A stretch of 64,000 nucleotides of DNA from a virus. This document shows, piece by piece, positions 10,001-20,272 of this stretch. The stretch's first letter is position 1, and every line of letters starts with the position of its first letter. The position numbers were made by a program, and so were the translations under genes. The notes below the pieces were generated by a model. That model did no database searches, was not told the DNA's origin, and saw only the letters and a list, made by a program, of their open reading frames with translations. The DNA lies in IMG/VR virus record IMGVR_UViG_3300047388_000292, positions 34,428 to 98,427 of that record; one strand, 5' to 3'.

Positions 10001-10777
10001 CTAGTACCAATCGCAGGTCGGGAGGGATGTCTTTGCCGTGGCCCCATACTGGAACCAGTTCGGCAACTTCGAAATGTCGAAGACACACTCGTGGAAGTAC
10101 ATCGGGATGGCCTCGTTATCTCCGACGACATTCCCGAAGAAGTCTCGATCAGGACCATCGAAGACACCCAGGAGATGCTGAGCGAAGGTACCCGGAGTGG
10201 TATGCACTGGCGTCACTACAGGAGTCGTGCCCCCGGTCAACCCGGAGCTGTTGGCAGTGATCAATGGCTGCGGCAAGTTCCCAAGTAGACCACCGAACGT
10301 CACAACCAGTGGCGTACCAGGGAACGCACCGCCGGTTACCGTAACGTTCGCGGTTGCACCAATCGTCGGCAACGCAACTAGCGCCGCCTGGAGCACCGTT
10401 GACGTGGAGTTGAACGCAATGTTGGTAGTAGTTGCGCCGTTGAACGTCAGCGTGTAGGTGCCTCCTGTCGGAGTACCCGTAGTCGTGAGCGTCTGCACAT
10501 CGTTGGCGTTGGATCCTGTGCCTGTGTATGCAGATACCTTGGTCGCGTCGTTCGGAGACTCGCCGAGGAACGTCCCGATCGGCAGTACATACGCCTGAAT
10601 CGTCTGAAGAAAGGACCCCCAGATATTCTGATACTGCAAAGGCGCCGAGATGGTCGTCGCAGTGAGCGTCGAGGCATCGAAGACGGCCGATTTGATGCTC
10701 CTCGTACCAGTGAACGCCCGAATACAGGTCGGCCGCGGAATCTCACGAGAGCGGAGGGTCTGTTGAATCGGTGACAT
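10001..10777 (-). CDS. Head decoration protein with an inserted Ig-like domain
   Basis: Sits between scaffold and capsid. 'VLPIGT' decoration-like motif, plus an inserted 'VQTLTTTGTPTGGTYTLTFNG...LQAALVAL' domain. Confidence 0.6.
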   Translation of the reverse strand: MSPIQQTLRSREIPRPTCIRAFTGTRSIKSAVFDASTLTATTISAPLQYQNIWGSFLQTIQAYVLPIGTFLGESPNDATKVSAYTGTGSNANDVQTLTTTGTPTGGTYTLTFNGATTTNIAFNSTSTVLQAALVALPTIGATANVTVTGGAFPGTPLVVTFGGLLGNLPQPLITANSSGLTGGTTPVVTPVHTTPGTFAQHLLGVFDGPDRDFFGNVVGDNEAIPMYFHECVFDISKLPNWFQYGATAKTSLPTCDWY

Positions 10778-10781
10778 CTAC

Positions 10782-13061
10782 CTACTCCTCCTTCCCGCCA
10801 ACAACCGGCGCGAGTTCGAGTTCCAGAGTCCCGCCAAGGGACTTCCGCATCCACGCCTCGAGCTGCTCACCGGTCATCTCTCCCTCGCCGGGGTTCTGAC
10901 CCTCCGGCTTGAGGTCAGGACGCCCGGGAAGCGGACTCGTGAGCAGGTTGGCCTTCTGCGCGAGAGCAAGCGTGCCCTCGTCATCCTTCGGCAGTGCAGC
11001 AACGATGCGATCAACGATTTGAGTGACCGTCTGGTGCTCGCTGCGATGCTCCTCGGAGAGGTTGAGCTTGATCGCTACCTGACCGTCGTCTGAGCGAAGG
11101 ACATCCTCAATCACCCGGAGAAATCCCGGACAATCCTTGAAGCCCATCTCAGAGAGCTTCGTCAGACGATCTGTGACGCCGTCTTCCTTGCGCTGCTTTC
11201 GGTAATCCTCGAGCTCGCGCTGCTCGGTCTGACTGGCATCCATCTCTCGCTGAAGCAGCTCCCGCGCATTGTCGTCGAGGTTGAGCCGATCCAGCAGTTC
11301 GAGGGTGAGACCCATGAGGGTTCCTCCTTGCTGGGGGGTTGACGGCTCGGAGAGCCGGAGTGCAGATGCCCGCTCAAGCGGGTCTTCGGGAAGAGAAGTG
11401 TTCGTCTTGCTGTCGCCCTGACTACTGTCAGTAAGCGTTGGATAACGCTTTTTCACAGCAGCGCGAATCGTGGCTAGACGCGTGCCAGTCTCATTCTGAA
11501 CACCGCGAGACAAAGCATTGCGCGCGTGAGCCAGATCATGAATTGGATACTCGCGCGTCTTCGGGAAGACAAAAGCGGTGTCAGGAAGATCCTTGCGTGA
11601 CTTGGCTGTCAGCGTCGCAAGATTGAGTTCATCTTCAGAAAGACTGAGGTCAGATTCCATCTGGAGGATAGCCTGTACCTCCTGCTTGTCGGTGTCGGCG
11701 TCTTCGTCCGTCACCCACTTCTGCTCCACAACCTTCCATTCACCGAAGTCGCTGAGATGAAGAATTCCTTCCGAATCCATTGAGTACGGGATCACCCAAG
11801 CATCGTTGGTTCCATCCGGATCCCCATAGTCGAGCCGCACAAGAGCTTTCGAAGCAGACACATCCATGACATCGAAATAAGCATTCTCCTCGTCATAGTC
11901 CGGAGAGCGTCCCATCGTGCGCAACTGCTCGTAGATCTGCCGCTGTACTTGTATAAGGGACGGCTCATCGCCCCACTGAACATCAGTAGCAAGCTTGAGT
12001 TCAGCCTCGAGCGATTCGATCGGACCGCGAGTGGAAAATATCGGACGCTTCGGTTGAGGCTCAGGTGCCGGTACCTTGATGTCCTCCGAGAGAAGCATGT
12101 CGACGATCGTTCGATTGTCAGAGAAACAATTCGACCCGTACGGTTCCATGCCGGTTACCCACGGTCGATTCGTCAGAGCAACATGCTCGATAACGTGCGG
12201 ATAAGTCTTTGCCGTCTCCTGGTTGGCATAACGATGCAAGATCCCACAAGAGCGAGAGAGCACCGACCCGCGCTCAACCATTCCTTCAACTTCAGGCTCG
12301 GTGAACTTGTGACCTCCGAGAATTACCTTCTCGCCCGGACGAGTCGTCGAATCGGCGATCTTCATCCTGACGATCGTCCCTGTGTTCTCAAACGTCCCGT
12401 TGGCGTGAGTCTTCGGAATCGTGACGTGCTCAACAGCCTTCTCGTTGAAGGCATCTACCAAATCCTCGAGACCGATCTCCTTGTTGTGATTCTCAGCATG
12501 CCCCGGAACAAACACGAGCGGTACCTTCTCTTTGCCGCCTGGAGCATCGGGATTCGGTCGCATCGCGAGCGTCCCGGAGCGAAGGATCGGAGCCCAGATC
12601 AGACCCTCGGCATCCTTCTGCAGGTCAACTCGCTCGCCGAGAAGATCAGCACGCGCGAAGACCTCAATCGAGAGGTGATCGGAATCAAGAAGGGTCTCGT
12701 CGAGATCAGGACCGCCGGCCTCGACAAGCGATGTCGCATCCATCGCAGCGCAACGGGAGGCAGACCATGATGCGCCGGCAGGGCCTCCCCACATCAAATC
12801 GTCAGCATGCTCAGGACTAGGCTCTCCAGCAGGACATCCGCCGCCACCGGAAGCAAACGGCATCGCGTGGCCAGAGTGGTACTCAGCCATCGAACGCACA
12901 TGATCATCGGAAATCTGCTGTCCCGAGGCGATCTTGCGACCTGACTTCAACGAGATCTCGTGGACCTGATCCTCGCTGACGTGACCGTCCTTGATCATCT
13001 GTAGCCCGCGCTGCGCAGCCGTTTTCATGGCGGTCGAAGGGGTATGTTTAGTCTTCGCCAT
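10782..13061 (-). CDS. Prohead protease/scaffold multidomain protein
   Basis: Mu gpI-like protease motif HVALTNRP, N-terminal 'LMWGG.AG..W' phage domain, DUF6582-like 'RKDLPDTAF...YPIHD..HARNAL', coiled-coil scaffold. Confidence 0.8.
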   Translation of the reverse strand: MAKTKHTPSTAMKTAAQRGLQMIKDGHVSEDQVHEISLKSGRKIASGQQISDDHVRSMAEYHSGHAMPFASGGGGCPAGEPSPEHADDLMWGGPAGASWSASRCAAMDATSLVEAGGPDLDETLLDSDHLSIEVFARADLLGERVDLQKDAEGLIWAPILRSGTLAMRPNPDAPGGKEKVPLVFVPGHAENHNKEIGLEDLVDAFNEKAVEHVTIPKTHANGTFENTGTIVRMKIADSTTRPGEKVILGGHKFTEPEVEGMVERGSVLSRSCGILHRYANQETAKTYPHVIEHVALTNRPWVTGMEPYGSNCFSDNRTIVDMLLSEDIKVPAPEPQPKRPIFSTRGPIESLEAELKLATDVQWGDEPSLIQVQRQIYEQLRTMGRSPDYDEENAYFDVMDVSASKALVRLDYGDPDGTNDAWVIPYSMDSEGILHLSDFGEWKVVEQKWVTDEDADTDKQEVQAILQMESDLSLSEDELNLATLTAKSRKDLPDTAFVFPKTREYPIHDLAHARNALSRGVQNETGTRLATIRAAVKKRYPTLTDSSQGDSKTNTSLPEDPLERASALRLSEPSTPQQGGTLMGLTLELLDRLNLDDNARELLQREMDASQTEQRELEDYRKQRKEDGVTDRLTKLSEMGFKDCPGFLRVIEDVLRSDDGQVAIKLNLSEEHRSEHQTVTQIVDRIVAALPKDDEGTLALAQKANLLTSPLPGRPDLKPEGQNPGEGEMTGEQLEAWMRKSLGGTLELELAPVVGGKEE

Positions 13062-13234
13062 CAGGCAAATTCCTTGACTGTCCGTTGAAGCTCATCGCGA
13101 TGAATAATTTCTAACCCACGCATGTGAATCTCAATTTCCGGAGCGCAAAAGCAATTGGATTCGAGCACATGTCCAGGTTCAGTATCTGGAACAACATGAA
13201 CTTCGCCTTCATACTCTTGAACAATCCAACCCAT
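13061..13234 (-). CDS. Small hypothetical protein (57 aa, not in ORF track)
   Basis: MGWIVQEYEGEVHVVP...H....C.C.P; start and stop overlap both neighbours. Confidence 0.55.
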   Translation of the reverse strand: MGWIVQEYEGEVHVVPDTEPGHVLESNCFCAPEIEIHMRGLEIIHRDELQRTVKEFA

Positions 13235-13791
13235 CAGACCGTCGCCGCCTCAACATACTCAGTCAGGAAGGTCTCTGAGGGAGATGGAGCCGGATCAAGA
13301 CCAAGCAGCACGCGACACGGATTGCAGTTGTCTGCAATGTCGAGCAGAACTGCGTGGACTTCGTCAGCGACGTCGGCGTATTCCTCTGGGATATCGAGCT
13401 TCGCGATGTGCCCGTATGGCCACTGCTTCGTGCCGGGGACATCTGCGTAAGCGATGCCGACGCCCGGAGTTCCTGCATCTGGGTGGCCGGGATGTGACCC
13501 TGCAGGAGGACCATGACGCCAGTCGGTACGACCTCTCAAAGTATCTTTCAAGACTCCACACAGGCCCCGAGTCTTAGGACCAAAACGCTTGAAATTGTCA
13601 TGAAAACAAGCAGTCCAGGGATGAGGGCTGGCGGCGTAATGCTTGAGCAGAAAACGGAGATAAGACATCTTTTGTCGATCTGCTGTCACAGCCTCAAATC
13701 GAGCAAGCAACGTCATAATTGCTTGATCAATCCGCTCATCTTGAGCAACTTCAATACGATTCCTCGCAGCGGCTTCAACAACAGCATCCAT
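13234..13791 (-). CDS. Hypothetical protein
   Basis: Probable ATG at 13791 overlapping the upstream stop. Confidence 0.55.
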   Translation of the reverse strand: MDAVVEAAARNRIEVAQDERIDQAIMTLLARFEAVTADRQKMSYLRFLLKHYAASPHPWTACFHDNFKRFGPKTRGLCGVLKDTLRGRTDWRHGPPAGSHPGHPDAGTPGVGIAYADVPGTKQWPYGHIAKLDIPEEYADVADEVHAVLLDIADNCNPCRVLLGLDPAPSPSETFLTEYVEAATV

Positions 13792-14321
13792 CAGACCAAC
13801 ATCGCCTTCTTCTTCGCTGCAGCAGCTTCTCGGCAACAGGCTCGACAATAACGATGCCCATTTCTGCGAATCCCTCGATTAGTACTACCACGTGGAGCAT
13901 CATCGTCAAGTCGATGGCCATTGCGGCAGTAAAGGAAAACTTCAATACGTTGCACAGATTGTTCTGCGTACTTCGCTACACACTCCTCGATCACAGCCCG
14001 ACGACGAGAACTCATAAGCGGATAGACAGCGACCATGATGTCGATCGCGCGTCTTGCTGTAACTCGATACTCCCAGTGTTCATTCCCGGCGACTGTGATG
14101 CTATTCATCCTCACGGGTCCTGGGAAGGTTGCAGTTAGCCGATCAAGAGGCTCTCGGAAATTCTGCGATGCAATGACAAGTGGATAACCAGAATGATCAA
14201 TCCGGCTCTCCGGACGCCGATCATCTCCGTACCAACCGAAGCACCCTTCACCTTCAAGGAACCCAGCGATCCAGTAGATCTCGGGATCTCGCTCCCATGT
14301 TTGAACTGACGCGTCAGACAT
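13791..14321 (-). CDS. LAGLIDADG-family homing endonuclease with C-terminal Zn-finger
   Basis: WIAGFLEGEGCF motif and C-terminal CRNGH...RYCRAC. Probable start at 14321. Confidence 0.75.
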   Translation of the reverse strand: MSDASVQTWERDPEIYWIAGFLEGEGCFGWYGDDRRPESRIDHSGYPLVIASQNFREPLDRLTATFPGPVRMNSITVAGNEHWEYRVTARRAIDIMVAVYPLMSSRRRAVIEECVAKYAEQSVQRIEVFLYCRNGHRLDDDAPRGSTNRGIRRNGHRYCRACCREAAAAKKKAMLV

Positions 14322-14550
14322 TCGCAGTCTCCACTTGTGCCATGTTGCGAAGCATCTCCCCCATCTCGAAATCCGACATCCCGGGAGAGAAGATGTGTCC
14401 ACATCCGCTGCACTTGAGCACCACGTTCAGCTCGTCGGCATATTCCTCGACTCGCTGAAAATGCTTGTATGACAGGATGTTTCGGCGCATCTTGCAGTTA
14501 GGACAAAGCAGCCGACTACCCTGCATCAGGCGTGGCTTCATCTCATACAA
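14314..14550 (-). CDS. Small Zn-ribbon protein
   Basis: CPNC...CSGC. Confidence 0.55.
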   Translation of the reverse strand: MYEMKPRLMQGSRLLCPNCKMRRNILSYKHFQRVEEYADELNVVLKCSGCGHIFSPGMSDFEMGEMLRNMAQVETANV

Positions 14551-14992
14551 CTTCCATCATTGGTTTGAATTCAGACCAACGACGACCTGCCAATATCCTA
14601 CTAATCTGGCATGGATGAACCCCTACCATCGCGGCAATCGCTCTGTGTGTAATCCCAAAATTATGATGCAAGTAGATTGCCTGAACAAGCTCTTCAGTTA
14701 GTTTCGTACCGATACCTCGACGAATATTTACGGCCTGCGTCACAACTTCCATGTGATCGGGATTGACGCATGACGGCTGCCTACAAAGATGATCAATGAC
14801 CATCCCTTCAGCGATCTGTTCGTGTCGATCTTCATAATATGCTCGATGCGCACCTACAGACCTTCCATTCCTCCTCGTCTGAGGATAAGTACGAAATTTA
14901 CCTCGCGGAGTAGCTAACGCCCACAGCCAACATGGAGACGTATAGCCACAATCCTTCTCAACGTACTGAATTGGAGATTTAGCAGGCATCAT
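14543..14992 (-). CDS. HNH homing endonuclease
   Basis: CWLW...AHR...IDHLC....CVNPDH motif, followed by an HTH. Confidence 0.85.
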   Translation of the reverse strand: MMPAKSPIQYVEKDCGYTSPCWLWALATPRGKFRTYPQTRRNGRSVGAHRAYYEDRHEQIAEGMVIDHLCRQPSCVNPDHMEVVTQAVNIRRGIGTKLTEELVQAIYLHHNFGITHRAIAAMVGVHPCQISRILAGRRWSEFKPMMEVV

Positions 14993-15052
14993 GTAGCGAC
15001 GCTGAGCGCAGCACTGCGCCCAATCATCTGCTCGCGCGCCTATAAAGGTCGA

Positions 15053-15068
15053 TGGGTATTTATACCCA
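15053..15068. promoter_or_regulatory. Perfect palindrome TGGGTAT-TT-ATACCCA, candidate operator/promoter for the head operon
   Basis: Intergenic, between the LuxR-type gene and the head genes. The minus strand contains TATAAA. Confidence 0.4.
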
Positions 15069-15138
15069 GCGATTACTTTGCGTAAGATGCCGCCATGCAG
15101 TAGGATTGCTCTTGCAACACCTCTCCTCCCTCAGACTT

Positions 15139-15163
15139 GCGCCTCGGTTCCGGACCGGGGCGC
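15139..15163 (-). terminator. GC-rich hairpin downstream of the LuxR-type gene
   Basis: GCGCCTCGGT/ACCGGGGCGC 10-bp stem; no U-tract. Confidence 0.35.
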
Positions 15164-15169
15164 TCGTCG

Positions 15170-15520
15170 TTAGGCAGCGTTACGATGCCCGAGAGTGAGT
15201 CCGCCAGAGTTGTAATAGAGATGATTACTCGACTCTGGAACGGTAACTACGCCATCAGAATCCAAAGCAAGTATCTCTAAGGCTATGGCAAGGACTACGG
15301 CATGAAGAGTATTCTTCGCGCCTAATCTTTCGCGTGCGGCCTCAAGAGTCTTGTGGACTGTTTGCTCGATTACAAAACATTCTTGCGCGATCTTCCGGTT
15401 AGTCTTCCCGGTAGCGCGGAGTGAGAGAAACTGCTGCTGCCTATATGACAGCAGGGGTCTAGGAGGACGCGGCTGGACCGACTGGGCGCCCTGCGGCTGC
15501 CCTGCGGGAATCGTCTCCAT
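15170..15520 (-). CDS. LuxR-type HTH transcriptional regulator
   Basis: LSYRQQQFLSLRATGKTNRKIAQECFVIEQTVHKTL...LGAKNTLHAVVLA. Probable start METIP. Confidence 0.8.
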   Translation of the reverse strand: METIPAGQPQGAQSVQPRPPRPLLSYRQQQFLSLRATGKTNRKIAQECFVIEQTVHKTLEAARERLGAKNTLHAVVLAIALEILALDSDGVVTVPESSNHLYYNSGGLTLGHRNAA

Positions 15521-15983
15521 CAGACAAAAGCGTAGCAAGACGCTGTAGGTCGCAGCCGAAGTCGGTCTCAATCCACGCTTCAGCGGATTTCTCGAGCGCG
15601 TCTATAAGCCCGGCTGCAATCAGTTCACATCCAGTCATCTCGGCTGATTGAGACAACCACCAAAACAAGAACATTCCGACGATCTCGTGGGCCTGATGAA
15701 CGGCTTTAGGGTGTGCTTCTTCGTAGGACGCCTTGATTCGCTGTAGGACTTCGGCGACCTTCGACATCCTCGAGTCCGCATCCACAAAGCAGACTTGACC
15801 CGCATCGCCCTTCAACGACCGCGGAGGCCCGTCGTTGGGGACCAGGACTACAGTCTTCGCGCGCGAGTAGCGCTCAGCAAACGGAAGACCGAGGGGCACG
15901 AGATCGTCTGTAGACGAAGCTCCACGCACAATGAGAAGGTCACACTCCTCATCAATGCTCGGCAGATGCCGACCCTCGGTCAA
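15459..15983 (-). CDS. Hypothetical protein
   Basis: 174-aa ORF downstream of a predicted promoter. Confidence 0.45.
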   Translation of the reverse strand: MTEGRHLPSIDEECDLLIVRGASSTDDLVPLGLPFAERYSRAKTVVLVPNDGPPRSLKGDAGQVCFVDADSRMSKVAEVLQRIKASYEEAHPKAVHQAHEIVGMFLFWWLSQSAEMTGCELIAAGLIDALEKSAEAWIETDFGCDLQRLATLLSDGDDSRRAAAGRPVGPAASS

Positions 15984-15999
15984 TCCCAGCTCGTTGATC

Positions 16000-16035
16000 G
16001 TCCTACTGTACCACAGACCTATTAGGTTGTAGGAC
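16000..16035 (-). promoter_or_regulatory. Sigma-A-like extended -10 promoter (TGTGG-TACAGT) flanked by inverted GTAGGAC motifs
   Basis: Minus strand reads GTCCTAC-aacctaataggtctgtgg-TACAGTAGGAC. Confidence 0.55.
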
Positions 16036-16062
16036 GCTTCTCACGACGCTTCGCACGTGCGA

Positions 16063-19000
16063 TCAGGAGCCTACGGTCGAAGTCGTCCACTCGCCGCCAC
16101 ACGTAGGACAAACGGACGGATGCGGATCTGGCTCGTCTAGAGCCGGCGTGACTGCCCACCATGATTTCCCATCTTCTTTCTTCCCGCCAATGTTCTCCGT
16201 CTTGACCATCACGATGGTGTCCTCGATTGAGTCAAGGCATTGGAGCGAATCACCCCACGCGTCATAGACCTCAAGCAGTCGAGATCCGTCGGTGATGTAC
16301 TTCGGACGGATCAGGGGTGGCGCTGCGCTCATGGCTAGGGAGAGCGGGGACTACAACCACCGTAGCGCGATTATCAGGAATGTCTAGCGGATCTGTCCCG
16401 AGACAGCCAAGACCATGAAACACCAAAATCCAAAGCCTACGACAAACCGTAGGCCACTCGGGATGCTCTTGTCGCCAACAAACTTCCAGACCGCGTAGAT
16501 CAGGAGAAGCGGCCAGAGGAAAACAAGGAAGATGAGTGGAAACGCAGGAAGCGAGACTCCAGTTCGTCTTGAAGTGCGGAAGAAGAACCTCATTGATATG
16601 ACTTCCATGCAGTCGAATATCGATCTTTGATATATCTCATCGCAGAGATTGCATTATCGACCGGATTGAGATAATCAATCATCCGTGCATGAGCGAGATC
16701 ACGGTCCTCCTGCCACATCTCCCAGTAGTTACCTTGATGCGCCCACGGACGCACAACCCTGCCACTAGGGATATGTCCATCTTGGATGTTCTCTACGCGC
16801 TTGATGTATCGAACAATATCGCGTGCTAGATCACTCATGGTTGGATCCCCAACTGTCCGTTACGAAGTCTTCCAGCCATCCACTCGAGATAGTCAGCTCG
16901 ACGGGGATTCTTGTTCAAAGCATGTTCTGCCGCTTCGTCTTCCCAAGACTCAATCAAATCGACAACTGCATTCACGTAGCGAGCGTGGAGCATGATCTTT
17001 ATCTGATCCATCACGCACGTCGCTTCTGCTCGCGGCGAATCTCATCCAATACGCGCACTGCCCGTCGACAACGATCGACTTCCATTTGAGCAGCATCGTA
17101 GTGGCCTGCATCAAAGAACTCGCGCGCTTCTCGACCAGCCTCTTCCAATTCCTTGAGCGCTCGTGTAGCTCGTGCCACATCGAGTCCCGGGAAGAGATCG
17201 ATCATCGTTTACTCCTCGAAAATATCCATCCGTAGGCCGGGAGAATGTCTAGGTAGTGCTTTGTCCTCGCGCTTCTTCGCCGGCTGTGCTCGAGTTCCGG
17301 AAACGCGGCGGATGTGGGCCTCTTCGTCAGCAAGGTAGGTGTCGATCGCATCGCGCACGATCTGAGAGACCGTAGTCCCCTCTCCCTGAGCAAATCGCCG
17401 GAGCTCGCTCTCCATCTCATCGTTGATTCGCACCCGCAGGACTGTAGATGACGCCATGAGAGCGAACCTATCAGGTTAGAACGCTTCATGTAGATTTCTC
17501 CTCGTTTTTCTCGCGCTCAATGTCCTGCCGCTCCCGTTCCCACGCGCCGTGACGGCAATGCCGCTTGCAACAACACAGGCACGATGGATGGCCGCACCAC
17601 TTGGCCAACCTTCTCGCCTCTTCCCTCGCAACAGCCTTGATCTTCTTCCGTTTCTCCCGCTCAACCAGCCATCTATGAAACCAGCGAATCATCAGTCCTC
17701 CAAGGTCTCGTTCAGCGCAGCGCGAGGACGCTGAGGTTGACCTACTACTTCAGCGAGCCTGTGCAATTCAAATCCCAAACGACCTGCCCCCAACGCTGGC
17801 GTGTCCCAGAACGCCTCCACCACTCTCGTGGCCGCGTCCCGTACAGGATCAGGCAACGCCAGAAGGGCATCCACAATGCACGCGGCATTCCTCCGCTTCA
17901 ACGCGAAATGATCGGGCATCGAAGTGGGGAGCTGCGACAGCACCGCCTCGATCGCTCTCTCCCGCTCAGGAGTCATATCCGCCTCGTCGGAGTCTTGTCA
18001 ATACGCAACGCATCACTACGTCGGGCATGAATCAACGTCGAGTACAGGTCGTTGGTGGTCTGGCAGTCAAGGGCGTTCGATGCGCCGGTGCGAGTGTCAG
18101 TGACTCGGATGATCGAGGTCAAAGTCCGCGGACCGTGGCAAACAACATCAATATCTCCGTGATCGCGGAACACAGTCCAAGTAATCGGCCAACCTCGGTA
18201 GATGATCAACTCAGTCTGCCCTGACTTGATTGTCCACGGGCCGGACAGATGACCGTTAGTCTGTAGCGCGTTCGCCGTCACTGGCAGTACTAATAGCAGC
18301 ACGAGAATTAGGATGGCCTTCTTCATTCTTAGTTCCTTTCTTCCAGAGCGTCGACCCACTTTCGCCACTCCTCATTGTCTCGGACTAGCCGGCGGACGTC
18401 GTCAGAGACTTCGAGGTGGTCATACTCAGCAAACTCATCACTATCTCCACCAACTCCCCGCGCGCACACGAAGCCGTACTTGATCCTCTGGTAGATGTGC
18501 ACATGTTCTCCGTCTCTGACTTCGTCGTCGAGTTGATCGAGCGCATCAATGTTGTAGGTGTCTGGATTGTGCACAACGCGCAAGAAGACCGGATAACGAG
18601 AGATATACATCTTGCTGCCACGGGCCGGCCCACCAATGAATGTCGCAGCCATCAGACCTCCTCAGTTTTCCGGGCTTCCATGAACATCGCAGTCACGATC
18701 TCAATCAACTGCATACCAGTCACATACTCTGACCCGTCACTTGAGATCTTCTCTGCAGATTCATTGATCGCGTCAAAAGCAATAGTGCAGTTCTTGATCA
18801 GATCGACGGGACTGAAGTCCAGCGAAGAATGAAGTTTGTCGCGAACATAGGACATCACTCGAAATCTCTGATCTCCATTCAAAGGTTCGAGGGCTTTCAG
18901 CACTGTCGAGATCGCGCGGAGTTCTGGGTCTTGCTGAGTCGCCATCACTTCTCCAACTTCGCGAGCTCGCGTTTGCCAGATTCCAGAAGAGGAACAACAG

Positions 19001-20102
19001 GATCCTCTTTCGTCACGCGAGCAGTTCTGTAAGAGTCATGGCTTGGCCAAGTGATCAAGCCGGCGTAGAGCAACTTCTCTCGGAGCCGGCGGTCAGGGCG
19101 CTTCTTCTCCCCGTCAATGGTGTAACGACCAGCGCGGTTGATTCTCAGCTTCTCATCTCGCGCAGCGCGGAGAATCCGCAAGACTTCGGGTTTATCTAAA
19201 TCATCAAAGTACATCTTCGTCTCCTCTCGTGAACCGTTCAACCAGCGCAGGTGGAACGTCCTCTACGTACGTAGAAACAATTCCTTCAACACCTTGAATG
19301 TCGCGCATGATCCTCCAATAGTCATTCAAACTAGCGTCGGTGACACGGATCCTCACATCGAACTCAACGAAGATATTGTCTCCGTAGCGGATCACCTGGA
19401 AATTCTCAGGCATCTTTATCTTCTCTCGGCTCTGGTACGACGTTGTGGCAGACAATGCATTTTTTGCCGTGGTAGATCTTGCGCATCTCTTTGCTGTCGC
19501 AGACGGTACAAGGCACGCGAGAAGACGAAGCAGCCAGAGCTTCTTCCAAGACCTCTCGAGAATCGCGGGTATTAGGACGCTTCCCAGTCTCGGCTTCGAT
19601 CTGATCTCCTATGGACTCTCGGATCTGAGCATTAGCTTTGCGTTTAGGAACCTCAGAGACTTCCCGAGCGATCTGCTTCAAGATCCAAGCATTGCGGGAT
19701 AGACCTCCTCGAAGCTTCTCCATCTCGTTGTAGATCACACGGGGCATACGTACCGTCACCTGCTCCCAGCCATCATCAGCCATTTCCGTCTCCTTTCATG
19801 CGCAGGATCAGTCGCGCGAGCGGAGCCAAACGCCGGCGGCATTGGTATGGCGTAGGCGGAGCGAATAGTGGAAGACTTCTACGGAAGTGAAACTCCTGCT
19901 CGAGTGCGTTGCAATAACGCTTCAGATCACGGACTTCCTGGCGACGCTCTCGGTAGCGCGCTATCAAAATAGCTACGTCGGCAGGAGCAGGTCGGTGATC
20001 TGAAGGCCAGAAACGACCATCACCGAAGTTAGCGTAAGAACTTAGACGCTGAACTACTTCGCTAAACATGTTGTCCTGCACAGCCATGTGTTTCTCCTCC
20101 AT
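16063..20102 (-). other. Cluster of ~15 small, coupled leftward ORFs (hypothetical, membrane and DNA-binding proteins)
   Basis: ORFs 16063-16332, 16384-16608, 16590-16838, 17011-17205, 17486-17692, 17692-17976, 17973-18368, 18329-18652, 18652-18948, 18945-19241, 19204-19455, 19406-19783 and 19776-20102, many with overlapping stops and starts. Confidence 0.6.
17209..17457 (-). CDS. Ribbon-helix-helix (CopG-like) DNA-binding protein
   Basis: VLRVRINDEMESELRRFAQGEGTTVSQIVRDAIDTYL. Confidence 0.75.
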   Translation of the reverse strand: MASSTVLRVRINDEMESELRRFAQGEGTTVSQIVRDAIDTYLADEEAHIRRVSGTRAQPAKKREDKALPRHSPGLRMDIFEE

Positions 20103-20201
20103 TCAAGAATTCCTTGACTTGATTGCTCCCCAAACCGCTTCTGCACATAGCAAATCGTAGGCACTGCTCGTCTCCTCTCGTTGAAGCCATGAGTCAGTCA
20201 G

Positions 20202-20272
20202 TGAATGACTGAATGAATGAATCTATCACGATCCGTCCTACAATCCCAAAATTTTCCTCATTCAGTCATTCA
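20202..20272. repeat. 15-bp inverted repeat built from TGAA/TCAT units in the divergent non-coding region
   Basis: TGAATGACTGAATGA (20202-20216) / TCATTCAGTCATTCA (20258-20272). Confidence 0.7.

Noticed and set aside
12183-12210. A fourth GCTCGATAAC copy
   Set aside because: It lies inside the protease gene (HVIEHV codons) and has no TTAYG right arm.
15057-15064. T4-type late promoter TATAAATA
   Set aside because: Single occurrence noticed and no gp55-like sigma factor in the window. Treated only as part of a palindrome.
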